NCBI GenBank assembly: GCA_040256005.1
Contig: JBDZWC010000031.1
Location: 10,149-26,227, forward strand
DNA: 16,079 nt
From: Deinococcaceae bacterium
Lineage (GTDB): Bacteria > Deinococcota > Deinococci > Deinococcales > Trueperaceae
Reading direction: 5' to 3'
Shown here one piece after another: positions 1 to 8,039 of the stretch. How positions within the stretch are numbered: the first letter of the stretch is position 1; each line of letters starts with the position of its first letter. The translations under genes and the position numbers were made by a program. The notes beneath the pieces are model-generated. The model searched no databases. It had not been told where the DNA came from and saw nothing but the letters and a program-made list of their open reading frames with translations.

Positions 1-34
1 TGAACCAAGCCAGAACCGCCGCCACCTGCGACAT
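1..34 (-). CDS. 5' end of a divergent gene running off the window (MSQVAAVLAWF...)
   Basis: Minus strand reads AGGAGG (41-46), a 6-nt spacer, then ATG at 34. A TATAGT -10-like box lies at 64-69 (minus). Only 11 codons are visible. Confidence 0.55.
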   Translation of the reverse strand, partial: MSQVAAVLAWF

Positions 35-77
35 GCCTGACCTCCTGGACCCTTGCCAGCCAGACTATAGGCAGAAC

Positions 78-83
78 TAACAT
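78..83 (+). promoter_or_regulatory. Candidate -10 box (TAACAT) for leaderless transcript
   Basis: TANNNT 5 nt upstream of ATG 89, with no Shine-Dalgarno. Confidence 0.4.
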
Positions 84-88
84 CGGGC

Positions 89-661
89 ATGACGTTCAGA
101 GCCCCGCAGGACATGATGGACGCAGTCACCGCGTCAATGCAGGAGCGCACCGGCCGGACCCTCGAGGAGTGGGTGGCGCTGGTTCTAGACAGCGGTGTCG
201 ACCCCCTGGACCAGAACGCGGTTCGTCGTTGGCTCCAGGCGGAACACGGCGTCAAGCAGAACTCGCAGTGGGCGATCGCGGACGCCGCTGCCAGGGCTGC
301 GGGGTGGGTGCCACCGACGCTCGAGGAGTACATAGGCAGTCAGTACAGCGGGCCGAAGGCCCACCTTCGGCCCATCTTCGAAAGACTCAGAGAGGTGATA
401 GAAGCGCTGGGGACCGACGTGAGCGTCGAGGGGCGGTCCACCTACACCCCGTTCGTGCGCAGAAGGCAGTTCGCGGCCGTGGCCGCCGCGACCAAGTCGC
501 GGGTCGACCTGGGGCTGAGGTTCAAGGAGGCGCCGGCGTCGGTGATCCTGACGCCATCCAAGGGGCCAGGCCAGGCGACCCACAAGGTGGAGCTGACAGC
601 CGTTGAGGACGTGACGGACGAGGTCCAGCGTCTCGTGGCCGCCGCCTACGAGCAGAACTGA
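89..661 (+). CDS. DUF4287/DUF5655-like domain protein (190 aa)
   Basis: N-terminus 'ERTGRTLEEWV...RWLQAEHGV' resembles DUF4287. C-terminus 'LRPIFERL...YTPFVRRRQFAAV...RVDLGL...THKVEL...V...AYEQ' resembles DUF5655. Codon usage is host-like. Confidence 0.75.
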   Translation: MTFRAPQDMMDAVTASMQERTGRTLEEWVALVLDSGVDPLDQNAVRRWLQAEHGVKQNSQWAIADAAARAAGWVPPTLEEYIGSQYSGPKAHLRPIFERLREVIEALGTDVSVEGRSTYTPFVRRRQFAAVAAATKSRVDLGLRFKEAPASVILTPSKGPGQATHKVELTAVEDVTDEVQRLVAAAYEQN

Positions 662-706
662 GCCGATGACGGGCCCACGGCGCTGCTGCCTGCCGGGCCC
701 AACCGC

Positions 707-1234
707 CTACCGCTTCATGGCAACAGCAGCGTAGATGTCCTTCGGCCCGTAGCGGGAACGGCGCCTTCCTGTCTCGCGGGGTACGGCCAACCCGGCGCCC
801 TTCGCCAGCTCGGCGAAACGCGCAGGCGGCACGGGGTACGGGACCCAGGGCTGGCCGCGCCGTTGGTCGTACTCGACTAACGCGAAGGCCCCGCCGCCCT
901 TCAGGTTGCTGGACAGCTGCGCTACCACGCGCCCCTGCGCTCCCGCCTCCACGAAGTGCAGCGAGTTCGCCATGAGGATCCCGTCAAGCTCCGGCAGGTC
1001 GAGCGGCGCGCTGAAGTCGGCCACGATGGGGAGCACGGCCGCGCCCGCCCCTTCGCCCCGCCGGGCGATGTTCCGAACGGACGGACTCCTGTCCACCGCG
1101 TAGACCGTGCCCGCGGCGCCCAGCAGAGACGCCAGCGCACGAGTGAACGTTCCCGAGCCCGCGCCCAGGTCTGCCCAAGTGCCCCCCTCTGTCACTGCGG
1201 CCGTGATCAGGTCGGCCGCTTCCGAGACTTCCAC
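707..1234 (-). CDS. Class I SAM-dependent methyltransferase (~175 aa; likely GTG start at 1234 rather than 1456)
   Basis: Motif I 'WADLGAGSGTF', acidic 'YAVDRS', 'ADF', 'DGILMANSLHF' and 'LKGGG'. The longer ORF start overlaps the neighbouring gene by about 200 nt. Confidence 0.85.
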   Translation of the reverse strand: MEVSEAADLITAAVTEGGTWADLGAGSGTFTRALASLLGAAGTVYAVDRSPSVRNIARRGEGAGAAVLPIVADFSAPLDLPELDGILMANSLHFVEAGAQGRVVAQLSSNLKGGGAFALVEYDQRRGQPWVPYPVPPARFAELAKGAGLAVPRETGRRRSRYGPKDIYAAVAMKR

Positions 1235-1259
1235 GCAGGCCGACGATATGCCATCCCCC

Positions 1260-2384
1260 CTACGCTCCCTGGTTCCACCAGCCCAGGACGCGCATCGCCC
1301 GTAAGGTGTTCCACCGGCTGGGCTTGCCGTCGCCCTCGTCCATGGCGAAGTGGACGCGGCCCGGGTAGGTGTTCTCGAGTAGCCAGCGACCGTCCGGCTG
1401 GCGTTTGCTCTCCACGAGGTCGATGGCTTCCTGGGCCCGTGGGTCCCTGTCGGCACCGGCCTTCCTCAGGTAGTCGAGGCCTCTCAGCACGTCGTAGTGC
1501 CACCGAGGTGGGTAGGAGAACCGGGTCCACTCGTCGCGCACGACCTCGCCCGTGGACAGGCGCCTGAACATCCGTCTCTCGAGCATGTACTCCTGGGCCC
1601 GCTGCCGCGCCTCGGTGACCGCCGGGACATCGCCCTTGGCGCGCTCGTACTCGAGGAGGCCGTCGAGGACCTCGCTCGTCGTGTGGAACGACGAGCGCAC
1701 CGAGCCGTTCTCGGCCTCGCAGTTCCATCCGCCGTCCTCGAGCTGCTCGTCCAGCAGCCGGTCGACGATCCCGTCAACGTCCTCTCCGAAGTACGAGCCG
1801 AGCGCGACCGTCTTGCCGTTGATGCAGGGCTCTACCTCACCGGCGAAGTAATCCTGGCCGTCGTGGTCCCACTTGACGTTGTCCCTCACCAGGCCAACTG
1901 CACGCCTGACCCGGTCGTGCGACGGGTCCACGCCCATGTCCCGCAACAGGACCAAGGTGTGGGTCGTGGACGTCCACTCGGGGCGCAACGAGCCCACGCT
2001 GTTCCACATCCACTCCAGCGCGCGCCCGTACTTGCCAGCGCGCTCGTCTGACTCGTTTGGCTCGCTCGACTCCCACTCGGAGAGCACGGCGGGTTCTATC
2101 CCTAAGAACGAGCCCAGGTCCTCGATGGAGACGCCCTGCAGCTCGCGCAGCAACCGCCGCGTGGGAGCGTCGGGCAGGCCGTCCGGTTTCTCGGCAGACG
2201 GCAGCGCATCCCTCCCCCATCGTCCCGAGGCGTCCTGCAGCGCCAGGAGCCTGGCGCCCCAGCCTTCGTTCGCGACCCTAGCTCGCTCCGCCCAGACGCT
2301 CTCCTCGGGCTCGGCGAGCAGGTCGCGTTTCACTTGCCAACGGATCGCTGGGTCCGAGTCCAGCAGCCAGTCCATGACGGTCAT
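1260..2384 (-). CDS. Squalene-cyclase-like / prenyltransferase alpha-alpha toroid protein with apparent internal HTH insertion (374 aa)
   Basis: QW-like repeats 'LQDASGRW', 'EQLEDGGWNC' and 'RQPDGRW'. Family-typical 'WLLDSDPAIRWQV', 'EPCING', 'SSFHTT', 'FSYPPRWHYD' and 'SRWNTLRA'. GGAGGT SD precedes ATG 2384. Confidence 0.8.
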   Translation of the reverse strand: MTVMDWLLDSDPAIRWQVKRDLLAEPEESVWAERARVANEGWGARLLALQDASGRWGRDALPSAEKPDGLPDAPTRRLLRELQGVSIEDLGSFLGIEPAVLSEWESSEPNESDERAGKYGRALEWMWNSVGSLRPEWTSTTHTLVLLRDMGVDPSHDRVRRAVGLVRDNVKWDHDGQDYFAGEVEPCINGKTVALGSYFGEDVDGIVDRLLDEQLEDGGWNCEAENGSVRSSFHTTSEVLDGLLEYERAKGDVPAVTEARQRAQEYMLERRMFRRLSTGEVVRDEWTRFSYPPRWHYDVLRGLDYLRKAGADRDPRAQEAIDLVESKRQPDGRWLLENTYPGRVHFAMDEGDGKPSRWNTLRAMRVLGWWNQGA

Positions 2385-2570
2385 GGTGGAACCTCCGATG
2401 GAGGACATGGTGTCCCTAAACCCGGACAGCGGTTGGCCTGTTCCTGGGGCGGATCGCGGTGCATCGTTGGCGGATTACTCCTGACCCTGACGCGGTCCCA
2501 CGGGCGCTAGGATGTCGCACCCGAAGTCGCCGCCCCGCTCGCTTGCAGGCGTGCGGCGTGGAGGTGCCTG

Positions 2571-2945
2571 ATGAGTTCGCAGGTGACCACAGAGCTGCTC
2601 CAAGCCTTCCTCGATGCGTTCAATAGGCATGACCTCGACGCCATCATGGGGTTCTTCGCCGAGGACTGCGTGTTCTACATGCCGCGCGGCGCGGCGCCAC
2701 GTGGCGACCGCTACGAGAGCAAGGCGGCCGTGAGGGCCGGGTTGGCGACGCGGTTCGAGGGGATCCCCGACGTCCACTATGGCGACGACAAGCACTGGGT
2801 CGGTACCAACTTCGGGGTCTCCGAGTGGACGTTGACCGGCACGACGCGGACCGGGGCTCGACTGGAGGTGCGCGGGGTCGACCTGCTGGAGTTCGACAGG
2901 GGCAAGGTCGTGCGCAAGGACTCCTTCTGGAAGATCCTCGACTAG
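2571..2945 (+). CDS. SnoaL-like / NTF2-family protein (124 aa)
   Basis: 'FLDAFNRHDLDAIMGFFAEDCVF...IPDVHY...SEWTLTGT...GVDLLEF..GKVVRKDSFWK'. GGAGGT SD upstream. Confidence 0.88.
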   Translation: MSSQVTTELLQAFLDAFNRHDLDAIMGFFAEDCVFYMPRGAAPRGDRYESKAAVRAGLATRFEGIPDVHYGDDKHWVGTNFGVSEWTLTGTTRTGARLEVRGVDLLEFDRGKVVRKDSFWKILD

Positions 2946-2999
2946 CCGCGACCTAGTGCTTCGCGCCGGGCTCGAAGCGACCTTTCCCCATCGGCTGTA

Positions 3000-3005
3000 T
3001 AGGCT
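3000..3005 (+). promoter_or_regulatory. Candidate -10 box (TAGGCT) for leaderless DUF1801 transcript
   Basis: TANNNT exactly 6 nt before ATG 3012, with no SD. Confidence 0.5.
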
Positions 3006-3011
3006 GTACAG

Positions 3012-3431
3012 ATGAACGCCACGGACCTGATCGAACAACGCATCGCGTCCCTGCCCGACTGGCGGGGGGAGGCACTCAAGACCGTGCGACGGCTCATCCA
3101 CGAAGCGGACCCAGAGATCGTCGAGGAGGTCAAGTGGATCAAGCCGTCCAACCCTCTGGGCGTGCCCACCTGGTCGCACGGCGGGCTCATCTGCACCGGT
3201 GAGGTCTACAAGGACAAGATCAAGCTGACGTTCGCGAAGGGCGCCTCGCTGCTCGACCCGGCGGGCCTGTTCAACGCCAGCCTGGACGCCGGCACGCGGC
3301 GAGCCATCGACATCAGGGCGGGCGACCCGCTGGACGCGCCTGCCTTCAAGGACCTGATCAGGTCCGCAGTGGAGCAGAACCTTCAGACCGGCCGCAGTGG
3401 CGGCCGCTCGGGCCGCTCCGGAGGACGCTAG
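3012..3431 (+). CDS. DUF1801 (YdhG-like) domain protein (139 aa)
   Basis: 'DWRGEAL..VRRLIHEADPEIVEEVKW...GVPTWSHGGLICTGEVYK..IKLTFAKGASL.DPAGLFNASL..TRRAIDI'. Confidence 0.88.
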   Translation: MNATDLIEQRIASLPDWRGEALKTVRRLIHEADPEIVEEVKWIKPSNPLGVPTWSHGGLICTGEVYKDKIKLTFAKGASLLDPAGLFNASLDAGTRRAIDIRAGDPLDAPAFKDLIRSAVEQNLQTGRSGGRSGRSGGR

Positions 3432-3439
3432 GAGGAGGC

Positions 3440-3907
3440 ATGGACGTTCGTGCAGACGCCGCTCTACTCGTCGGCGAGTGGTCCGGCCACAACAAGCTGT
3501 GGCTCGGGCCCGATGAGCCGGTCAGGGAGTCATCCACCAGCGCTAGCGTCACCGCCGCGGCCGGCGGCAGGTTCCTGGTGATCACCTACACCTGGACCGA
3601 CCGTGGCCGGCCTCACGACGGCGTGCTGATGGTCCGCGTCGACGACGAGCCCAGCCCGCAAGACATGGTGTGGGTGGACTCGTTCCACACCATGGGGCAG
3701 TTCATGCGGTTCGAAGGCAAGTCGTCGGGAGACGGCAGCATCCAGGGGACCACCAAGTGGTCGCCGGGCAGTGGCCCCGACTGGGGATGGCGCATCGCCC
3801 TCTCCAGTGGCGGCCCCGACGACCTTCTCGTCAGCATGTTCATCGAGACGCCGGATGGCGAGGAAGCACCGGCCGTCGAGTCGCGCTTCACGCGCGTCGC
3901 TGCCTGA
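3440..3907 (+). CDS. DUF1579-like beta-barrel protein (155 aa)
   Basis: 'LVGEWSG.NKLW', 'GGRFL..TYTW...HDGVL', 'WVDSFH' and 'WGWRI'. Strong AGGAGG SD directly after the upstream stop. Confidence 0.75.
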   Translation: MDVRADAALLVGEWSGHNKLWLGPDEPVRESSTSASVTAAAGGRFLVITYTWTDRGRPHDGVLMVRVDDEPSPQDMVWVDSFHTMGQFMRFEGKSSGDGSIQGTTKWSPGSGPDWGWRIALSSGGPDDLLVSMFIETPDGEEAPAVESRFTRVAA

Positions 3908-4014
3908 GTTCCAGCGCTTGATATATGGTCTAGGGCACCGCTTACCGACGGGTGTCCTCTCGTGGGTGCGCCCCACAGCCTTCCCTACCGTCGACCGATG
4001 GGAGTCCGTGTCTC

Positions 4015-4941
4015 ATGGACGAGGGTCTGTCAGTCAACGACGCAGCCGCACCTCTGGTCCTGTGGTTGGGCGAGCCGGCATGCCACGACCCGGCGCTGGT
4101 GGGCGGCAAGACCGCGCAGCTCAGCCGGCTGGCGACCCACCATCCCGTCCCCGACGCTTTCTGCATCACCACCTTGGCCTACGCCGCGTACCGCCAACGC
4201 GACGCGATGCCGGGCGAGGTGGCGGACGCCCTGTTCCGGGCCTACCGGATGCTGTCGTCGCGCGATCGCGACGGCACGGGAGCGACTGACGCCCTTCCCG
4301 TCGCCGTGCGCTCCTCCGCCCTGGGGGAGGACGGCGTCTCGGCGTCTTTCGCGGGGCAGCACGCGACGCACCTGAACGTCCGCGATCCCGACGGGCTGCT
4401 CCAGGCGGTGGAGGGCGTGTGGCGCTCCGCCCTCGCCGACAGCGCGCTGGCGTACAGGCGGGACAAGGGCATGGCCGCGGCGCAGGTGGCTGTGGCGGTG
4501 CTGGTCCAGAGGCTGGTCGCCTGCGATGTGTCGGGCGTAGTGTTCAGCATCGATCCGGTCGCCTTGGATGACAGCCGCATCGTTGTCAGTGCCAGTTGGG
4601 GTCTGGGCGAGAGCCTGATGGGCGGCTCGATCAACCCCGATAGATGGGTGGTCGACAAGGAGAGCCTGAGCGTGTTGGAACAGACGGTGGGTGACAAGGA
4701 GACGATGACGATCACGCAGGAGGCGGGAACCCGTGAGGTCAACACGCCTCGGTTCCTGAGGCAGAAGCAGAGCCTGACCGAAGGCGAGGTCAGGCAGGTC
4801 GCCACCCTGGCCATCGAGTTGGAGCGGACGCTCGGGCAGCCGGTCGACGTCGAGTTCGCGTTCGAGGGCGGGCGACCGGTGCTCCTGCAGTGTCGACCCG
4901 TCACCAGCCTCGACGCCGCGCCGCTCGGGGTGAGGCCATGA
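4015..4941 (+). CDS. PEP/pyruvate-binding (PPDK_N, ATP-grasp) subunit of a split dikinase-type phosphotransferase (~308 aa)
   Basis: 'VGGKTAQL', 'VPDAFCITT', 'VAVRSSALGEDG..ASFAGQH.T.LNV', 'VAVLVQRLV..DVSGVVFS.DP', 'SWGLGESL..G..PD' and 'DVEFAF...LLQCRPVT'. The protein ends right after the ATP-grasp domain. Start at 4015 chosen for the upstream GGGAG. Confidence 0.9.
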   Translation: MDEGLSVNDAAAPLVLWLGEPACHDPALVGGKTAQLSRLATHHPVPDAFCITTLAYAAYRQRDAMPGEVADALFRAYRMLSSRDRDGTGATDALPVAVRSSALGEDGVSASFAGQHATHLNVRDPDGLLQAVEGVWRSALADSALAYRRDKGMAAAQVAVAVLVQRLVACDVSGVVFSIDPVALDDSRIVVSASWGLGESLMGGSINPDRWVVDKESLSVLEQTVGDKETMTITQEAGTREVNTPRFLRQKQSLTEGEVRQVATLAIELERTLGQPVDVEFAFEGGRPVLLQCRPVTSLDAAPLGVRP

Positions 4942-6629
4942 CGCAGCCGTACCGGCGCCCCGACGCGTCCGTGCCCGAGGTGCCGTCTTCCGGCACGCTG
5001 CTGCCACCGCACCTGCCCGTGCCGTGGACGGACCCCGAGGACGCGAACCGCTTCTTCGAGCGGGACCTCACTCACTTCCCCGGCCAGCTCACGACCCTCG
5101 ACCATGACTTCGTCAACCACTGCGTGGACCACGGGATGGCCATGGCGGTGCGCAACCTGGCGGCCCCCGTGCGCGGCGAGATGCGCCGGTTCTGGACCCG
5201 CGTTTACTCGCTCGACGTCTTCTACTGTCCCCCGCAGGACCTACAGAACGTGTGGAACACGACGACGCGAGCGGCCTTCGGGCCCATCCTCGCGGACCTG
5301 GAGCGCCACTGGCAGGAGACATGGCTGCCTCGGATCAGGGCGAGCCAGGCGTTCTGGGACGACTTCGACCTCGGGCGGGCCACCGACGCCGAGCTGGCCG
5401 ACCACCTCGCCGAGTCACTCGAGCGCATCCAGGACATCTGGGCGTTCCACTTCGAGATCGTGTACTCCGTCGGGCACGCGTGGAGCATGTACTTCGAGAC
5501 GTACAACGAGGTCTTCGAGGGAGCCACGCGGCTCGATGCGATGGCCCTCATCGAGGGCTTCGAGAGCCTCACCGCGGCGGCGGGCCGGGCCATCTGGCGG
5601 CTGGCTGAGCTGGCCAGGGCTGTACCCGGCGTGGTCCCGGTGATCATGGGCAGCGAGCCACGCGAGGCGCTGGCCCGGCTCCGCGACACGCCGGGAGCCG
5701 ACGTCTTCCTGGCCGGCCTGGACGACTACCTGCAGGCCTACGGCCGCCGCACCACCAGTTTCAGTCTGAGCTCCAAGACGCTCGCCGAGGACCCCACGCC
5801 GGTCCTCTCCCAGGTCAAGGACGCCCTCGCCAACCCCGAGTCGGACCCGCGGCGCCATCGGCCGGCTCGCATGGAGGATCGCGATCGGGCGATCGCCGCG
5901 GCCAGGGCGGCGATCGAGCACTATCCCAGTCAGTTCCGCGAGGAGTTCGAGCACCGCCTCAGGCAGGCGCAGGTGGCCGTGAGGCTCAAGGAGGACCACA
6001 ACTTCGTCATCGACTACGAGTGCACCGCGGCCATGCGCATGGTCCTTCTCGAGGTGGCACGCCGCTTGACGGGAGCCGGCTACCTCGATCACCCCGACGA
6101 CATGGCGCATCTCAAGCTCGAGGAGTTGCGGACCGCCGTGAGCGCGCTCGCCTCCGGCGCCGGGGTCTCCGACCTACGAACGCTCGTCGCCGACAGGGCG
6201 GCCGAGATGGAGCGGTTCGCGGGTGTGGAGGTCCCGGAGACGATCGGCAGCCCACCGGCGGCTCCCGCCGAGGCGCCCAAGGAAGACGACGCGCCCGAGC
6301 CGGGGACCTTCAAGGGCGTCGGCGTCTCGCCGGGCGTCGCCCGCGGGGTCGTCAGGGTCGCCCTGTCCTTCGACGCCGCCAGCGCGTTGAGGCCGGGCGA
6401 GGTGCTGGTCGCCACGTCCACGTCACAGCCCTGGACGCCGCTGTTCGCCACCGCGGCTGCCCTCGTCACCGAGGCCGGCGGCGTGCTGAGCCACATGGGT
6501 GTTATCGCGCGCGAGTACCGCCTGCCGGCCATCTCCGGCATCGCCAAGGCCACGGACGTGCTGCAGGACGGGATGGTCGTGGAGGTGGACGGGTTGGCCG
6601 GCACCGTGAGGGTCCTCCCGGAGGGCTGA
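4938..6629 (+). CDS. PEP-utilising enzyme subunit: helical substrate-binding region plus C-terminal phospho-His swivel domain (RPH/PpsA-of-phenylphosphate-synthase-like; 563 aa)
   Basis: C-terminal 'GVGVSPGVARGVVRV...GEVLVA..T...WTPLF..AAALVTEAGGVLSHMGVIAREYRLPA...VEVDG..GTV' carries the catalytic His. The middle region ('YL.AYGRR', 'EDP') resembles rifampin phosphotransferase. ATGA overlap with the upstream stop. Confidence 0.88.
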   Translation: MTQPYRRPDASVPEVPSSGTLLPPHLPVPWTDPEDANRFFERDLTHFPGQLTTLDHDFVNHCVDHGMAMAVRNLAAPVRGEMRRFWTRVYSLDVFYCPPQDLQNVWNTTTRAAFGPILADLERHWQETWLPRIRASQAFWDDFDLGRATDAELADHLAESLERIQDIWAFHFEIVYSVGHAWSMYFETYNEVFEGATRLDAMALIEGFESLTAAAGRAIWRLAELARAVPGVVPVIMGSEPREALARLRDTPGADVFLAGLDDYLQAYGRRTTSFSLSSKTLAEDPTPVLSQVKDALANPESDPRRHRPARMEDRDRAIAAARAAIEHYPSQFREEFEHRLRQAQVAVRLKEDHNFVIDYECTAAMRMVLLEVARRLTGAGYLDHPDDMAHLKLEELRTAVSALASGAGVSDLRTLVADRAAEMERFAGVEVPETIGSPPAAPAEAPKEDDAPEPGTFKGVGVSPGVARGVVRVALSFDAASALRPGEVLVATSTSQPWTPLFATAAALVTEAGGVLSHMGVIAREYRLPAISGIAKATDVLQDGMVVEVDGLAGTVRVLPEG

Positions 6630-6635
6630 TCCAAG

Positions 6636-8039
6636 CTGACCTCTCGCCGCCACCTGAGCCTCCTCGTCGTCGGCACCGCGCTTCTCGCGGGCTCGCTCGC
6701 CCCGCTCAACTCGACGATGATCGTGGTGGCCTTGCCCGAGATCCTCGGGCACCTGGACGCGTCGCTCACGTGGGGTAGCTGGGTCATCGTCTCCTACCTG
6801 GTCGCGATGGCGGCCATGCAGCCTTTGGGCGGCAGCCTGGGAGACCGCTTCGGCCGTCGGCGCCTCGTCGTGCTGGGCCTCGGCGGGTTCCTGCTGTCGA
6901 GCCTGGCGGCCGCGGTCGCACCCAGCATCGAGGCGGTGATCGCGGCGCGGACCGCGCAGGCGGTGTTCGGCGCCATCACGCTTCCGAACGGCACGGCTCT
7001 GGTGAGGACGCTGATCCCACGCGAGCGCCAGGGCCGCGCCCTCGGCCTCATAGGCACCGGCATCGGCGCCGCGGCGGCCTTCGGACCGCCGCTGGGCGGA
7101 CTGATAACCGACGCGTTCGGCTGGCGCTGGATCTTCCTGGCCAACGTCTTCGTGATCGTCCCTGCCATGGTGCTGGCGGTGCGGATCCCCCGCCAAGAGG
7201 CGGAGGGCCGCAGCCGGTTCGACCTGCTGGGCGGTGCGCTGCTCCTGGTCTCGCTCGTCAGCCTCGCCCTCGCCGCCACGGTGTGGCGGGTTCCCGACGC
7301 TCCCGCCCTCTCCACGCCGGCGCTGGCCGTGATCGGCATCGTGGCGGGCGCCTGGTTCTGGCGGCACGCCAGACGGGCGACCTCCCCGGTCCTCGACCTG
7401 GCCCTCTTCTCGCGCCGCGGCTACCTACCCGCCGGGCTCACCGTGATGTTCTCCAACATGACCATGTACACGATCTTCCTGGCGGTGCCTCTGTTCGCGG
7501 CCCAGATATTGGGCTGGCCGCCGCACCAGGTCGGCCTGGTGCTGGCAGCCATGTCGGTGCCGATGATGCTCCTCGGTCCGGTCGCCGGCTGGGCCTCCGA
7601 CAGGTACGGGAACCGTCTGCCGGCGCTCGCAGGGTGCGTCATCGCCCTCGGAGGCGTCGTGCTGTTCACGTTCGTGAGCGCTGGTTGGTCTCAGGGTGAC
7701 CTGCTTCTCCCCTTGATAGCCGTCGGCGTGGGGATGGGGCTATCCTCAGCCCCGGTCCAGACCGCGGCGCTACAGGCCGCCCGCCACGAGGAGGCCGGCA
7801 GGGCAGCGGGGCTGTACTCGACGATGCGCTACCTCGGCAGCATCTCGTGTTCGGCCGGTATCGCCGCTGTGCTGGGTGCAACCGCCGCTGTGCCGGAGTT
7901 CCGGTCGTTGTTCCTGCTGCTGGTCGGGGCCGCGGCCGCGGCGGTGCTGGCCGCCACTCGACTGCCGGCTAAGCGGGCCAGCGGGCAGGCCGCCGCGGTC
8001 AGCGGGACCGAGGCTCTGGCCCAAGGGAGAACGCGATGA
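6636..8039 (+). CDS. MFS drug:H+ antiporter-type (DHA2-like) transporter; start uncertain (CTG 6636 proposed, first ATG 6717)
   Basis: Motif A 'GSLGDRFGRRR', 'ARTAQAVFGA', motif C 'AAAFGPPLGGLI...GWRWIFLANV' and 'GWASDRYG'. TM1 'LLAGSLAPLNSTMIVVALP' begins upstream of ATG 6717. Confidence 0.88.
   Translation: MTSRRHLSLLVVGTALLAGSLAPLNSTMIVVALPEILGHLDASLTWGSWVIVSYLVAMAAMQPLGGSLGDRFGRRRLVVLGLGGFLLSSLAAAVAPSIEAVIAARTAQAVFGAITLPNGTALVRTLIPRERQGRALGLIGTGIGAAAAFGPPLGGLITDAFGWRWIFLANVFVIVPAMVLAVRIPRQEAEGRSRFDLLGGALLLVSLVSLALAATVWRVPDAPALSTPALAVIGIVAGAWFWRHARRATSPVLDLALFSRRGYLPAGLTVMFSNMTMYTIFLAVPLFAAQILGWPPHQVGLVLAAMSVPMMLLGPVAGWASDRYGNRLPALAGCVIALGGVVLFTFVSAGWSQGDLLLPLIAVGVGMGLSSAPVQTAALQAARHEEAGRAAGLYSTMRYLGSISCSAGIAAVLGATAAVPEFRSLFLLLVGAAAAAVLAATRLPAKRASGQAAAVSGTEALAQGRTR

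Noticed and set aside
671..700. GGGCCC-bounded hairpin between the convergent genes ending at 661 and 707
   Set aside because: The stem is imperfect and has no U tract, too weak to call a terminator at this GC content.
1235..1456. N-terminal extension of the methyltransferase ORF as a real overlapping coding region
   Set aside because: It overlaps the toroid-protein gene in another frame and has low-complexity composition. The domain begins at GTG 1234.
3389..3428. GRSGGRSGRSGGR repeat tail of the DUF1801 protein
   Set aside because: It is a short, degenerate, low-complexity GC-rich tail with no evidence of function.
4030..5007. Long antisense or alternate-frame ORFs (e.g. 4030-5007, 4242-5132, 6423-7367, 14267-15235)
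   Set aside because: They are shadow ORFs overlapping well-supported genes, Arg/Ala/Pro-rich and without motifs, as expected in high-GC DNA.
4015..6629. Calling the pair ppsA/ppdK (PEP synthase / pyruvate phosphate dikinase) or rph
   Set aside because: There is no PEP/pyruvate TIM-barrel domain, so it is not ppsA/ppdK. Rifamycin specificity cannot be shown from motifs and RPH is a single chain.
6627..6680. Selenocysteine recoding of the in-frame TGA
   Set aside because: The TGA sits at the natural end of the His-swivel domain, not at a Cys-equivalent site, and no convincing bacterial SECIS hairpin follows.
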